A DNA stretch of 33,097 nt, taken from a virus (taxonomy: Duplodnaviria; Caudoviricetes). How positions within the stretch are numbered: position 1 is the first letter of the stretch; the number at the start of each line of letters is the position of its first letter. Under the pieces are notes generated by a model. The model saw only the letters and a program-made list of their open reading frames with translations. It searched no databases and was not told the origin of the DNA. The stretch is taken from IMG/VR virus record IMGVR_UViG_3300032218_002996, positions 1-33,097 of that record; one strand, written 5' to 3'. This document shows, in pieces, positions 17,427 to 27,699 of this stretch. The position numbers and the translations under genes are program-made.

Positions 17427-19707
17427 AATTACTTTTACTAACATTATTAATATCAGTTACTCTTACAACTGGAGCAGGTTGTGATGCAATAGCCATTTGA
17501 ATTTGTTGTTGCATATCAAACGCTTTTACAGTATCTAAAGAAGCTGATCTAGAAGTATATCCACCGTCAAAAAATCCACTAATATTACTTTTACTAAAAC
17601 CTTTACGCATTGCCTCTAATTGTGATATATGTGGCATAGCTTCAGGCATATTCTTAACTTTAGAAGGAACTACATATTCATCATTATGAAATTGTGCGTT
17701 ACCCATTTTATAAGATTCTTTTGTTGGATCACCTTTTTGTGTAAATCCACCTTCAAAATAAGAAAATTCAGTACCTGAAATTTTAGATAATGAAGCTGCA
17801 GTTGTTGCTACCGCAATAACTTGTTGAGCAACTCCTAAAGGCCAATAAGGAATAGTTGCAGCAGCACTAACAACAGCTAATGCACCGCTTATTAAAGTAT
17901 TAGCATAAGAATAATTTTTATTCATTTCAAATTGTTGTTTAGCTAATGCTTTATCTTCTTCACTACCTTTTTTTAATCCTGCTCTTTTTGCTTGGTATGC
18001 AGCATCTTCTAAACTTTGAATAGAACTTACCAAATCACCAGCAGTTTTTAAACCAGTTTCATAATGTTGTACGGTTACTTCATTTTCTTGTTGATTATAT
18101 TTTGCATCAATAAATGCTAATTCTGCTCTTGTTTGCTCTTTACTGTTAATTTCAGCTTGTTTTTGTAATTCTAATAAATCTAATTTAGCTTGTAATCTTT
18201 CTTCTCCATTAAGATTTTCTTGTAATAAAGCTGCTTGTAATCTTAACATTCTACCAGAATTTAACTGATCATCTATTTTTAACATTTCATCAGCAGCATC
18301 ATGATTAGATTGTATATTTACTTTTACAGTTTCATCATGTATTTGAATTATCTTTTTTTGATTTTCATTATATATTTTTAATTGTTCTTCTTGGTATTTT
18401 TCATTATCCTTATAATATTCTAGATCTCTTTTTTGGATTTCTTCATTTTTCTTTTTAGTATTTTCAACTTGCTTTTTATTATACTCAATATCTAAAACTA
18501 ATAAAGCTGTTTTACTTGCTTCAATACCAATTTGTGCATCCTGGATAGCTTTAATATTATCCTTTTGTTCTTCATTAATTCTATCTTTTTTTAATTTTGC
18601 TTGTAAAGCATCTAATTTATCAGCTGTTTCTGTTGCTCCTATTTTACGAAATAAAGCAATAGTCATATTATTTAATGAATCAGTTATTGAATTATTTAAT
18701 AGTGCATCAGCAACTTTAGCAGCATTTAATCTTATTGAATTTTCAGCTTCAACTATTTCAATGGCAATCTTTTTTTTCTTTAATTCCATTAACTCTTTTT
18801 CATGACCGCCTTTAGCAGTTAATAAAGCAATTTCATTAGTATAATTACTTAATAAATTATTATTAACTATAGTTTGTGCTTGAGTTGCTGCTGTTAAACT
18901 TTTAACTTGCATTTCAGTTGCACTAAATGATCCTGTCATTTCTTTAGCAAACTTAGCTACCTTATCAAAGTTTTCAATTAAATATTTAATACCTTCAATT
19001 AATAATATTAATGGTATTGCAGACATAGCAGCTCCTATACCTTTAAATCCAGTTTTAATTTTATCAATATCAAAGTTTTGAAAGGCATCAGTTAATAAAT
19101 TCATTGATGTATTTAATCGTTCTACTCCACTACCTTGTAATGAATTAGTACTATCTTTTAAATCATCAATCTTATCTTTTAATTCTGCTACTTTTTGAGC
19201 TGCCTTTCCATCACCATTTAATGCGGCTGCTTGTGCTGCTTTTAAATCTAATCTTAATTGCTTTAATGAATTACTTTCATCAATAGCTCCTTTAATACGT
19301 TCCTGAAATAATGAAGGTATTTTTTTCTCAATTTCAATTCTTTGATTTTGTAAACTAATTAATTCATTTTGCGTATCAGCAAATTCTTTAGAATCAACAT
19401 TTAATTCTAATAATGCCTTTCTTTGTGCCTCAATTTTTTGTTTTAATTCACCATAAGAACCAACAGCAAATTTAGTAGCTGTATTTATGCCTCCTAAAGC
19501 ATTAATATTCTCTTTAGCAATGCCATTTAATGATTTAATAGTACTATCTAAACGCTTTACTTCACTACCGTATTTATTAAATTCTTCAGTATTAGGTTTG
19601 GCTTGTTCAAATAGTTTCTTAGTTTCTTTTAATTCAGCTTTTAATTTTTCAATACTTTGAATAGTATCACCAAAATTTATATTAAATATTTCTATTTGTT
19701 CTGCCAT
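17398..19707 (-). CDS. Tape measure protein
   Basis: 769 aa, Ala/Lys/Glu-rich helical coiled coils with hydrophobic stretches; C-terminal F.GG.T / EYVVP pattern. Confidence 0.85.
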   Translation of the reverse strand: MAEQIEIFNINFGDTIQSIEKLKAELKETKKLFEQAKPNTEEFNKYGSEVKRLDSTIKSLNGIAKENINALGGINTATKFAVGSYGELKQKIEAQRKALLELNVDSKEFADTQNELISLQNQRIEIEKKIPSLFQERIKGAIDESNSLKQLRLDLKAAQAAALNGDGKAAQKVAELKDKIDDLKDSTNSLQGSGVERLNTSMNLLTDAFQNFDIDKIKTGFKGIGAAMSAIPLILLIEGIKYLIENFDKVAKFAKEMTGSFSATEMQVKSLTAATQAQTIVNNNLLSNYTNEIALLTAKGGHEKELMELKKKKIAIEIVEAENSIRLNAAKVADALLNNSITDSLNNMTIALFRKIGATETADKLDALQAKLKKDRINEEQKDNIKAIQDAQIGIEASKTALLVLDIEYNKKQVENTKKKNEEIQKRDLEYYKDNEKYQEEQLKIYNENQKKIIQIHDETVKVNIQSNHDAADEMLKIDDQLNSGRMLRLQAALLQENLNGEERLQAKLDLLELQKQAEINSKEQTRAELAFIDAKYNQQENEVTVQHYETGLKTAGDLVSSIQSLEDAAYQAKRAGLKKGSEEDKALAKQQFEMNKNYSYANTLISGALAVVSAAATIPYWPLGVAQQVIAVATTAASLSKISGTEFSYFEGGFTQKGDPTKESYKMGNAQFHNDEYVVPSKVKNMPEAMPHISQLEAMRKGFSKSNISGFFDGGYTSRSASLDTVKAFDMQQQIQMAIASQPAPVVRVTDINNVSKSNSIGVNVSSL

Positions 19708-21848
19708 TATTGATTTAATTTTATTAATTCAACCTCAGTTAAATTAGGATTAGTATAATTGAATTGATTAATAGATGATATAAAAAAATAAGCCTGGAAT
19801 TGTTCTAAATATATTGGAGTAAAGTAATCTAAATTTTTTATATCAATAAAATTAAGATTAAATTTTAATTTCATTAATCTTAAATTTTGCAAAGTACTCA
19901 TTAATATAATTGAATTTTTAGGTATTAAATTTAAACCAAAACCCATACTTTGATTAGGTAATGATTGATCTATAAACCAAAGTCTTCGAGCTGTTAAATA
20001 ACTACTTGTTGATGTTCCATCAGTAAATTTAAATTTACCTATTACAAGTTCACTAAAACAAATTCTAGGTTGAACATCATTATCAAATTTAGTAGTATTT
20101 ACATCATATAAATTAATATAAGCAGTTAATGTTGTTGGAGTTGTAGCAAAATTAACATATTCACTTGAAGCAAATGGAGATGTGTAAATATCTTTAGTTA
20201 ATTCTAAATTTGAATTATAAATTACAATATCAAAATCAGTTCCATTTTCAGTTTTTAATATACTTTTATCTTCTTTATGTTTAAATAAATTATGTTGAGC
20301 ATAAGAATTATAAGAAAATTTACTTATAGGAAAATCAGATTCATTTAATTTATTGCTCCAATCTAAACTATTTGGTATATTGTCTATTAATTTATCTAAT
20401 TTATTAAATGTAACTATTTTATTATCTTCATCAACATTAGGTAATAAACCAAAACGAATGCAAATATCTTTTAAATAATCATTGCATTTTATTTTTGGTA
20501 ACATTGATGAATAAGTAATTAATCCACCAAATACTAATTCAGGTTTTAAATTAATTTTTAATGATGTAATATCTTTAATTGTAGGCAAACAAGATATAGT
20601 TAAAATTGTAGATAAAGGATTCCCTTGATAAAATTGAATATAAAGAGATCCATCTATATGTATGTCTAGGTAAAAATGCAACTGGTCTCCAATATTTAAA
20701 AATGTACTTCCAGATACTGTATCATTTAAAAATGTTTGTGTAGGTAATGAAGGAATACTAACAATATTATATACTGCTGGTGGTGAAGGTACTGGTACAA
20801 CACCGTATCCTCTTGATAACTGAACACTCCCAACTTCAGAATCAAATACACCATTAACTAATTTAATAGCTTTTAATGTTATTACTGAATTTAATGCATA
20901 AGCGGCTATCCCTCTTGATAAAACAAAACTAATACAGTCGTAACTAGCTAAGTCGCATTTAAAATTAAAATCATAAGTTCCCGAATATGTAGATGTATAT
21001 TTATTAGATAAAAAATTAAAATTTGTTGAACTACCTGTTGTTATTATTTGATTATAAGATACGGGAATTTGCATTAAATTTACCGTATTTATATATGAAT
21101 ATCCAAAAGTAAACGCAATTATATTTACAAGTTGTATATTTTGTGAAGCAATAGTACTAACTACATAGTTATTTGTATTTCCAACATCACATTGATTTAA
21201 TAATAATATTTGATTTGAAATAGTTGGATTCTTTTTTGAGTAAGGTAATATTGTAGAATCAAAATCAGTAGTATCAAAATTATAGATATAATCATACCCA
21301 AATTCATTTAACATTTTTTCTATAATAGTTTTATTAAATGTTGCAGGTAATACTTTCCTAATATTAATTATATCACTAGTTAAATTTTGTCCACTATATT
21401 GAATAATTGGATATGTATATCCATCTGTATTAGAAGAACTTAATACTGCATTTGTATAATTCCAAATATGATTATATTCATCCCAATTTAAATCATTTAT
21501 ATTTTTATTTTTTAATTGATCATAAAATGTACTATTACCTGAAAAAAATCTAATATTAATATATTCATCAATAGATTCAATAGTAATAAAACCAGTTTTA
21601 AATATTATTCCATCAATAATTAATTGACATGAAATTTTACTATAAGGTAATGTATTAGTACTTTGAATTAAAGTAGCATATTCTATTAATTGAATATTAT
21701 TATTGGTTAATGGAACTCTAAAAACATTACTATATTCACCGCTCCTACTTGTAATATTTTCTAAATTAAATATTGAAAATGTTTGAACAATATCTTCAGT
21801 ACCTAATAAATCAAAATCACCGTTATCAGTTCTAATTGTTAAAGCCAT
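19707..21848 (-). CDS. Tail tip/baseplate hub protein
   Basis: 713 aa; RSGEYSNVFRVP N-terminus, LDWSNKL, and TEVELIKL end; adjacent to the tape measure gene. Confidence 0.7.
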   Translation of the reverse strand: MALTIRTDNGDFDLLGTEDIVQTFSIFNLENITSRSGEYSNVFRVPLTNNNIQLIEYATLIQSTNTLPYSKISCQLIIDGIIFKTGFITIESIDEYINIRFFSGNSTFYDQLKNKNINDLNWDEYNHIWNYTNAVLSSSNTDGYTYPIIQYSGQNLTSDIINIRKVLPATFNKTIIEKMLNEFGYDYIYNFDTTDFDSTILPYSKKNPTISNQILLLNQCDVGNTNNYVVSTIASQNIQLVNIIAFTFGYSYINTVNLMQIPVSYNQIITTGSSTNFNFLSNKYTSTYSGTYDFNFKCDLASYDCISFVLSRGIAAYALNSVITLKAIKLVNGVFDSEVGSVQLSRGYGVVPVPSPPAVYNIVSIPSLPTQTFLNDTVSGSTFLNIGDQLHFYLDIHIDGSLYIQFYQGNPLSTILTISCLPTIKDITSLKINLKPELVFGGLITYSSMLPKIKCNDYLKDICIRFGLLPNVDEDNKIVTFNKLDKLIDNIPNSLDWSNKLNESDFPISKFSYNSYAQHNLFKHKEDKSILKTENGTDFDIVIYNSNLELTKDIYTSPFASSEYVNFATTPTTLTAYINLYDVNTTKFDNDVQPRICFSELVIGKFKFTDGTSTSSYLTARRLWFIDQSLPNQSMGFGLNLIPKNSIILMSTLQNLRLMKLKFNLNFIDIKNLDYFTPIYLEQFQAYFFISSINQFNYTNPNLTEVELIKLNQ

Positions 21849-21850
21849 TA

Positions 21851-22525
21851 TTATTGATTTTGTATTTCTTTATATTCAGCAATACGATATTTTAAACTAA
21901 TTTCATTAAATCTAATTTTAGTATTATATTTAACATAGCTGTTTGGATCTATTAAAATAGGAGTACTAATATCTGTAATTGGATCATATTCCCACGCTTG
22001 TACTGAGTATCTTAAAGATTCAATTAAATCAACTTCATTATTAGATATACCTGTTTTATAAACTACTTTATTAATAAAGTTCTTTCCTTTATAAAAATAT
22101 TTAACTATTCCATTATTATCAAATGTTTTTGAATCACCAATAGTTCCACCAAAATCTTTACGTTGATTAAATATATAAGATGAACGGCCACCTTCTCTGT
22201 TAATCCAAACAATAATAATATCATTTGAATTATAACATTCAGTTAATGGTGTTGTTAAACTATTAACTACTTCTAAAATTAATTGATGTGTTGGTAATGG
22301 TGGACTTGTTAAATTAGTTGAAAAATTATATGTATAAGTTCCTGAAACGGTTGGTGTAACATTTAATTTTAAAATAAATCCTACAAAACCTCCAGATAAT
22401 GTTTTAGTTATCCATCCAGGTAATGTACTATATTGATATAATTGAGCTTTTTGAAATAATCCTGAATCATAAAATTCAACTTCAGTAGTTACATTTCTTA
22501 ATACTCTTGTTTTTTGAACTATCAT
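21851..22525 (-). CDS. Tail structural protein (distal-tail-like)
   Basis: WINREGG..SY.F motif; in the tail cluster. Confidence 0.6.
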   Translation of the reverse strand: MIVQKTRVLRNVTTEVEFYDSGLFQKAQLYQYSTLPGWITKTLSGGFVGFILKLNVTPTVSGTYTYNFSTNLTSPPLPTHQLILEVVNSLTTPLTECYNSNDIIIVWINREGGRSSYIFNQRKDFGGTIGDSKTFDNNGIVKYFYKGKNFINKVVYKTGISNNEVDLIESLRYSVQAWEYDPITDISTPILIDPNSYVKYNTKIRFNEISLKYRIAEYKEIQNQ

Positions 22526-23307
22526 TGTTTAATACCATTAATAAATTTATGAACTATTGGAATTAATTTTAAATTATAATCAATAATAGAAGCAAATGAA
22601 ACACCTTGACTTGCTATTAATGGCTTATCTATTGGAGTTAAATAAATACCATTAGTTATTTTATCATAGGTTAATTCACTATTTTTAATAGATGTATTTA
22701 ATACAAAAGTAAAATCATCATAAACTCCACCTTCAGTTGTTATTCCATCCCATTGCATTCTAATTGCATTAAACATACTAAAATCTTCAGAATTAGCTAC
22801 TGTATTTGAAACTATATTAAATATATATTTTAAAGCCCCTTTTACATTAATTGATAAATAAGGCAATCCACTAATATTATATAAAATTGAAGGTTTAATA
22901 TCAACTACTTTTGTATAAGGTAATTCAACTTCATATCCTTCTAAAGTTTTATAACCTTTATATAATGCAAATGTTGGTATTCTTAAATGATAGGCCAATG
23001 AAGCATAATGAGTAACATCTGAAATATATGCTAAGTCTAAAGTAACTGTTGTTAATGAATAACCAGTTAATACTTTATAAGTACCATTATATACATTACT
23101 TTGTATATAAATATAATCACCAGGTACCGGCATAATATCATAAGGAACTGCAACACTTAATCTTACCTTACCTGTAGGAACTGATGCTACAACTTCGTTT
23201 GTTATTGAAAATATAGGATATGAAGCAAAATTAAATGTATAAATAACATCATCATTTGCAGAACTCCAAAGTTGTGGAACGGTATTTTGTATGATATTAC
23301 TTGCCAT
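22522..23307 (-). CDS. Tail-associated structural protein
   Basis: Beta-rich 261 aa ORF, coupled within the tail cluster. Confidence 0.55.
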   Translation of the reverse strand: MASNIIQNTVPQLWSSANDDVIYTFNFASYPIFSITNEVVASVPTGKVRLSVAVPYDIMPVPGDYIYIQSNVYNGTYKVLTGYSLTTVTLDLAYISDVTHYASLAYHLRIPTFALYKGYKTLEGYEVELPYTKVVDIKPSILYNISGLPYLSINVKGALKYIFNIVSNTVANSEDFSMFNAIRMQWDGITTEGGVYDDFTFVLNTSIKNSELTYDKITNGIYLTPIDKPLIASQGVSFASIIDYNLKLIPIVHKFINGIKQ

Positions 23308-23839
23308 CTTTAAATGCTTTTATAAAATCTTCTTTTAATTGCTGTGTAAATTTAACATTATAACTCTTAATCATTTGATCATTTACTATATTTTCTAATA
23401 ATCCTGAGTTATTTCCATGATTAGCCAAATAGATTGAACTACCAAACTTTTGAATTTTATTAGTAATTAATTGAGCTAATGTATCATTATCTACAGTTGT
23501 TGATGATATTCCTTTATCAGACATCCATTTTCTTATAGATGATTCTAAATTATGATCTATTGATGTTGCTGAAATACCAGGAGGTTTTCCCCAAACTAAC
23601 TCATAAATATAATCATTTGCCCATATAGATAGATTTGTAGAAGTTAGTTCATATCTTAAAGTATTAGCTAAATTACCTGAAGCATTAACTGGAGCTGTAA
23701 ATGGTTTATCTATATATTTACCTTTTACCTTTCTTCTACTTATACGCTTAATAGGTTTTGTTCTAATTGCATTTTGAATTAGTTTAATCAGTTCTTTAGC
23801 GAATGATTCAATTACTACTTGTTGGCCTAAACTTAGCAA
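23297..23839 (-). CDS. Neck/tail completion protein
   Basis: ASGNLANTL, GKPPG and IRKWM..KGI motifs. Confidence 0.65.
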   Translation of the reverse strand: MLSLGQQVVIESFAKELIKLIQNAIRTKPIKRISRRKVKGKYIDKPFTAPVNASGNLANTLRYELTSTNLSIWANDYIYELVWGKPPGISATSIDHNLESSIRKWMSDKGISSTTVDNDTLAQLITNKIQKFGSSIYLANHGNNSGLLENIVNDQMIKSYNVKFTQQLKEDFIKAFKDGK

Positions 23840-24264
23840 GGTGTTTTATAGCTTAATTTAATCTTTAATAATATACCAGACATTACATTTTTAATCCTAG
23901 TAATTGGCATTATCTCATATTCAGCATCTGAATAAGAGTAATTATCTAAAAAATAATTAAGCCAGTTAGTAGCCATTAATTTAGTATTAGCTTGTATTTC
24001 TTCAATAGAATCATCAATATCCAAGTTTTCATCTTTATCATAACTTGAATCTGGCTTATCCTGAAGTAAAAAACCTAAATTAATAGTTGCTGATTCAGTT
24101 GCATCATTTAATTTACCATTATAAGTTAATGGATCTAAATGTATAAAGTAATCCTGGATTGATTCTTTAGATACTTCTAATGAAGTATCAAATGAACGTC
24201 CATAACTAAATACAGATGTTGGAATATAATTTTTTACTGATTCTCTAATGTCATCTATTAGCAT
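23833..24264 (-). CDS. Tail terminator-like protein
   Basis: Acidic 143 aa ORF between the chaperone and neck genes. Confidence 0.55.
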   Translation of the reverse strand: MLIDDIRESVKNYIPTSVFSYGRSFDTSLEVSKESIQDYFIHLDPLTYNGKLNDATESATINLGFLLQDKPDSSYDKDENLDIDDSIEEIQANTKLMATNWLNYFLDNYSYSDAEYEIMPITRIKNVMSGILLKIKLSYKTPC

Positions 24265-24939
24265 TTAATATAGTATTTAATTGTTTTTCATATTTACTTT
24301 TTATACAATCATATAACATTAATGTATAAACTACCCTAACTGGCTGTTTTAATACATCATCTATTGTATTTCCGATTGCTCCACCCCTTGCAAGTTCAAC
24401 ATACGTTCCAAAGCTGCCAAGTTCTTTGAATCGCTCAATTCCAGCTTGTTGCTGTTCAGATGTTGTGTTATCTTCGTTAAGTTCGGAGTAACGATCAAAG
24501 AAATTATTAATTTGGATAAAAAAAAATTAACAGTTCCTATTATTTCTAAAAACTTTCTATCTGAAATGTCTATTTGAAACAATATTTTCATAATTGGAAT
24601 AATAGATTCAAAACCTGTTTGTTCTGTTTTCATTACATTTCTGCATGATTCAGCATCACCATAACTAATTGAGCCAAAGTCAAAATCTTTATATTCATCT
24701 AAAACATTATCAGTATCAAATACTTCTAAATTTTCAGTAAATGATATTAATTCAAATAGTAATTGAGCTTGTCTATCTTCTAATTTATTAATTATTTCAA
24801 TAGGTATTCCACTTAAAGCTGTTAATTGTAAACCTTTATCATTTACATTTTTAATTACTCCTATTGATTGTACATAAGTTACTTCATCCCAACTAATTGG
24901 AATATTGTAAGATACTTGGTTAATTATTATTGATTGCAT
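24251..24939 (-). CDS. Tail assembly chaperone, -1 frameshift product (229 aa)
   Basis: The -1 frame after T9 reads IQINNFFDRYSEL...QAGIERFKELGSFGTYVELARGG...DDVLKQPVRVVYTLMLYD...NANR* and fills the gap to the next gene. Confidence 0.75.
24361..24939 (-). CDS. Tail assembly chaperone (zero-frame product)
   Basis: IPISWDEVT N-terminus; T9 slippery run at VNFFL (24518-24526). Confidence 0.7.
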   Translation of the reverse strand: MQSIIINQVSYNIPISWDEVTYVQSIGVIKNVNDKGLQLTALSGIPIEIINKLEDRQAQLLFELISFTENLEVFDTDNVLDEYKDFDFGSISYGDAESCRNVMKTEQTGFESIIPIMKILFQIDISDRKFLEIIGTVNFFLSKLIISLIVTPNLTKITQHLNSNKLELSDSKNLAALERMLNLQGVEQSEIQ

Positions 24940-24945
24940 ATTTTA

Positions 24946-24953
24946 CAAATATA
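24946..24953 (-). promoter_or_regulatory. -7 promoter box for the tail operon
   Basis: TATATTTG, 6 nt before ATG 24939. Confidence 0.65.
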
Positions 24954-24954
24954 G

Positions 24955-26178
24955 TTATTTTCTTAATACACCATATCCTAATGGTTTCATTTTTTTAATT
25001 AAAGGCTTATCTAATTGATATACTACGCTATATCTAATCGCATCTATACAATGATTATAGGCATCAATAGGAGTTCCAGATTTCTTATCACTCCACGAAT
25101 AATTGTTAAGTTCTTTAATTATATTTAGGCTTGTTTCAGTTACAACTATCTCATAATCCTGCATAATAGTTACACCAGAACTTACTGCAATTTTAACAGC
25201 CTCTTTAATATTAACACCTTTGCGTCTTATTTCTTCAATCAAACGAGGTTCTGCAGAATCACCAATAATAAGTTTATCTCCTGCGAATCTTTTGTTTTCA
25301 ATTTCAATATCACTTGTAGTCATTCCCTGTTTACAAAAGCACTCATTAACATAAATTCGTTTATTATTCTTATCAATAGCCACATTAATTAATACAGATG
25401 GATCAATACTGAATCCATAATCCTGGCCAAATACATTAGGGATTGAATAATCAAATTCACCTATTGACCAGTTAGTAAATATAACACCTTCAGCTTTATT
25501 AAGCCATCCACCCATTATTATATGCTTAAATTTATCTGGCTGTTTAATCTTAATCTGATCAACTTGCTTTAAAAATGAATCATCCAGGTTATTAATGTTA
25601 TCTAAATATGTAGTATGAATATAGGTACAATCATCTTTAATACCATTAAATCCTTCTTGCACTCCTTTACTTTCAAAGAATCTTTTATAAATCCAATGTT
25701 CTTTTGTCGCAGGATTCATAATTAGAATGATTCTATTTTGTATGCCTTTAGAACGAATAGATAAATCAATCTTATCAAATATCGTTTCATCCCTTAGTTC
25801 TTCAGCTTCATCTAATATCCAGGTTGTAACACCTTCTAATGATTTTAGATTAGCAGTTTGATCACCTGAGGATGTTTTGATACCTTTAAATATTATACTT
25901 GACTTTGCTGTATCATTACTAATTTCATTCTTAGTAATTCTAAATAAACTATTGGCCTTTAATAAATCAATCTTACCAATAAATTCTGGAATAATAGATA
26001 AATGAGCTGCAACCATTGTATAACGAGTAAACAATATTTTTTGCGATTCTTCAATACAAAGTTTAGTTAATAGTAATGAAGCACTAAAAGACTTAGCAGA
26101 ACCACGGCCACCTGTTACAACATAGTAGCGTGTATTAGATTGAATTAATGGCAAGTATTTACGATTCAGTTGAATCAA
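24955..26178 (-). CDS. terL: Terminase large subunit, PBSX family
   Basis: GGRGSAKS Walker A, WILDEAEE Walker B, MNP, GQDYGFSIDP, DSAEP and NHCIDAIRY motifs. Confidence 0.95.
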   Translation of the reverse strand: MIQLNRKYLPLIQSNTRYYVVTGGRGSAKSFSASLLLTKLCIEESQKILFTRYTMVAAHLSIIPEFIGKIDLLKANSLFRITKNEISNDTAKSSIIFKGIKTSSGDQTANLKSLEGVTTWILDEAEELRDETIFDKIDLSIRSKGIQNRIILIMNPATKEHWIYKRFFESKGVQEGFNGIKDDCTYIHTTYLDNINNLDDSFLKQVDQIKIKQPDKFKHIIMGGWLNKAEGVIFTNWSIGEFDYSIPNVFGQDYGFSIDPSVLINVAIDKNNKRIYVNECFCKQGMTTSDIEIENKRFAGDKLIIGDSAEPRLIEEIRRKGVNIKEAVKIAVSSGVTIMQDYEIVVTETSLNIIKELNNYSWSDKKSGTPIDAYNHCIDAIRYSVVYQLDKPLIKKMKPLGYGVLRK

Positions 26179-26446
26179 CTATTTGTATTTTAGTTAATGG
26201 TTCGTTATCATCTGGATTCAGTTGTAAATTATCAACCCTAGCAAGTTTAGGTATATGATATTCAGCCATATTTAATAATAATGTCATAGCTTTATTAGGA
26301 TCTATTTCTGCAATTTGCTCAATCCATTTAGTCATATTAGGTACATTTAACTCTAATAAATTTTTAAATGCTTCACGAACATCCCTAGTATTTTTATTTA
26401 AAGTTCCTTTTTTTTTACCAGGATTACCTTCTTTAAATTTAGTCAT
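26159..26446 (-). CDS. terS: Terminase small subunit
   Basis: FKEGNPGKKKGTLNK N-terminus; overlaps the TerL start. Confidence 0.7.
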   Translation of the reverse strand: MTKFKEGNPGKKKGTLNKNTRDVREAFKNLLELNVPNMTKWIEQIAEIDPNKAMTLLLNMAEYHIPKLARVDNLQLNPDDNEPLTKIQIVDSTES

Positions 26447-26460
26447 CGTATCTTATCGTA

Positions 26461-26883
26461 TTATACGGTTAATAACTTACCAATTTTTCCTAATTTTTTA
26501 ATAACATCTGGATTATTATCATAATGAGTATTAATACCAAGTTCTTTTATCTTATTAAGTTTAGCCTGATTAGATCCAGTTGCATAAACTCTTGAATCTG
26601 GTATGCCTAATTCTTTTGCTTTAGCTAACATATTTTCTTTAGATCTACGAGCTGAAATGATATATACAATACCAGTTTGTTCTTTAGCTTTATTAAAACC
26701 TTTATCTGTAGTAAGAGTTCCATCATAATCAAAAGATACTCTAATAGCATCCTGAGTAGTAAAGAAAGCATTACATACTGCTAATCTTTCACCAATACCT
26801 GGATGTTTAGATTTCATTTCAGAATCAGACATACATCTATCAATATATTCTGATTTTTTTTCTTTAGGCTTTGGATATGGCAT
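26461..26883 (-). CDS. Two-domain protein: small Cys-containing domain plus minimal HAD-like domain
   Basis: P.P...E...YIDRCM...RLAVC followed by SFDYDGTL, IISAR and HYDNN. Confidence 0.7.
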   Translation of the reverse strand: MPYPKPKEKKSEYIDRCMSDSEMKSKHPGIGERLAVCNAFFTTQDAIRVSFDYDGTLTTDKGFNKAKEQTGIVYIISARRSKENMLAKAKELGIPDSRVYATGSNQAKLNKIKELGINTHYDNNPDVIKKLGKIGKLLTV

Positions 26884-26887
26884 ACTA

Positions 26888-26895
26888 CAAAATTA
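26888..26895 (-). promoter_or_regulatory. -7 promoter box for the packaging operon
   Basis: TAATTTTG, 4 nt before ATG 26883. Confidence 0.65.
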
Positions 26896-26919
26896 AACAA
26901 TATTATTTGAATAAAAAAA

Positions 26920-27393
26920 TTAAAATGTTTGTTCAATAAATGAATTATACCACATTAGAAAATAATCAAAATCAGTTGCTATAAAATAGATGCCACCTGA
27001 CTTTTCAATATTAGCTTGGTATTTTTTTTGAGCTTCAGACTGTCTATCCTTACCTATCTTAACTTCTATTTTTATAGACCTACCTTTAATAGTTGCACTA
27101 ATATCGGCAGTACCATTTGTACCAGTTCCTTTAATATATTTTCCTGATCCTATTTTCTTAGTATGTCCCATTATATCGGTTACTATTTTAGATTCATCAA
27201 TATAACGACCTGTATTAGATATACGCTCACCTTGCCATCCATTTATATTAAGCCAAGTTATTATACATTTAGTTAAACCATTAGCTGTAGCATCCTCAAA
27301 TTTGTTTTTAGGTACATAATTTGGTTGCATCCTTGTTTGAGAACATCTAATGCTCCAGTCCAGTTCTTGTAAAGTTTTGATTGATTTTTTCAT
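26920..27393 (-). CDS. VRR-NUC family nuclease (probable resolvase)
   Basis: GTADI...IEVK...QSEAQ...GGIY PD-(D/E)XK pattern. Confidence 0.85.
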   Translation of the reverse strand: MKKSIKTLQELDWSIRCSQTRMQPNYVPKNKFEDATANGLTKCIITWLNINGWQGERISNTGRYIDESKIVTDIMGHTKKIGSGKYIKGTGTNGTADISATIKGRSIKIEVKIGKDRQSEAQKKYQANIEKSGGIYFIATDFDYFLMWYNSFIEQTF

Positions 27394-27423
27394 ATTTTAA
27401 GTTTAATTATTAGTTTAATATTT

Positions 27424-27689
27424 GTAAATAGAATATCCATTTACTTTTCATTTACAAGCCATTTACATTCCATTTACTTTTCATTTACACGCTGTAAGTG
27501 TTGCTATTACTATATATTATATAAAAATATATATAATAATAATGATATGTAAATGGAAAACATCTAAAACTCATAGGATTTTATTTTAATAAATATTTTA
27601 TATAGTAATTTACAAAAGTTCATTTACATTTACAAAATTATTTAATTTATTGATTATTAATTAGTTATATGTAAATAGATTTGTAAATG
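27424..27689. repeat. Putative replication origin with CATTTAC iterons
   Basis: CATTTAC at 27438, 27449, 27460, 27471 and 27482 (11-bp period), further direct and inverted copies, and an all-A/T tract. Non-coding, next to the helicase. Confidence 0.75.
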
Positions 27690-27699
27690 AAATAATTTT

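Noticed and set aside
26408-26416. A9 run in terS as a third programmed frameshift
   Set aside because: The -1 frame stops within a few codons (AAG GAA CTT TAA), so there is no alternative product.
27438-27488. CRISPR-like array
   Set aside because: Repeats are 7 bp with 4-bp spacers and there are no cas genes; this fits iterons.
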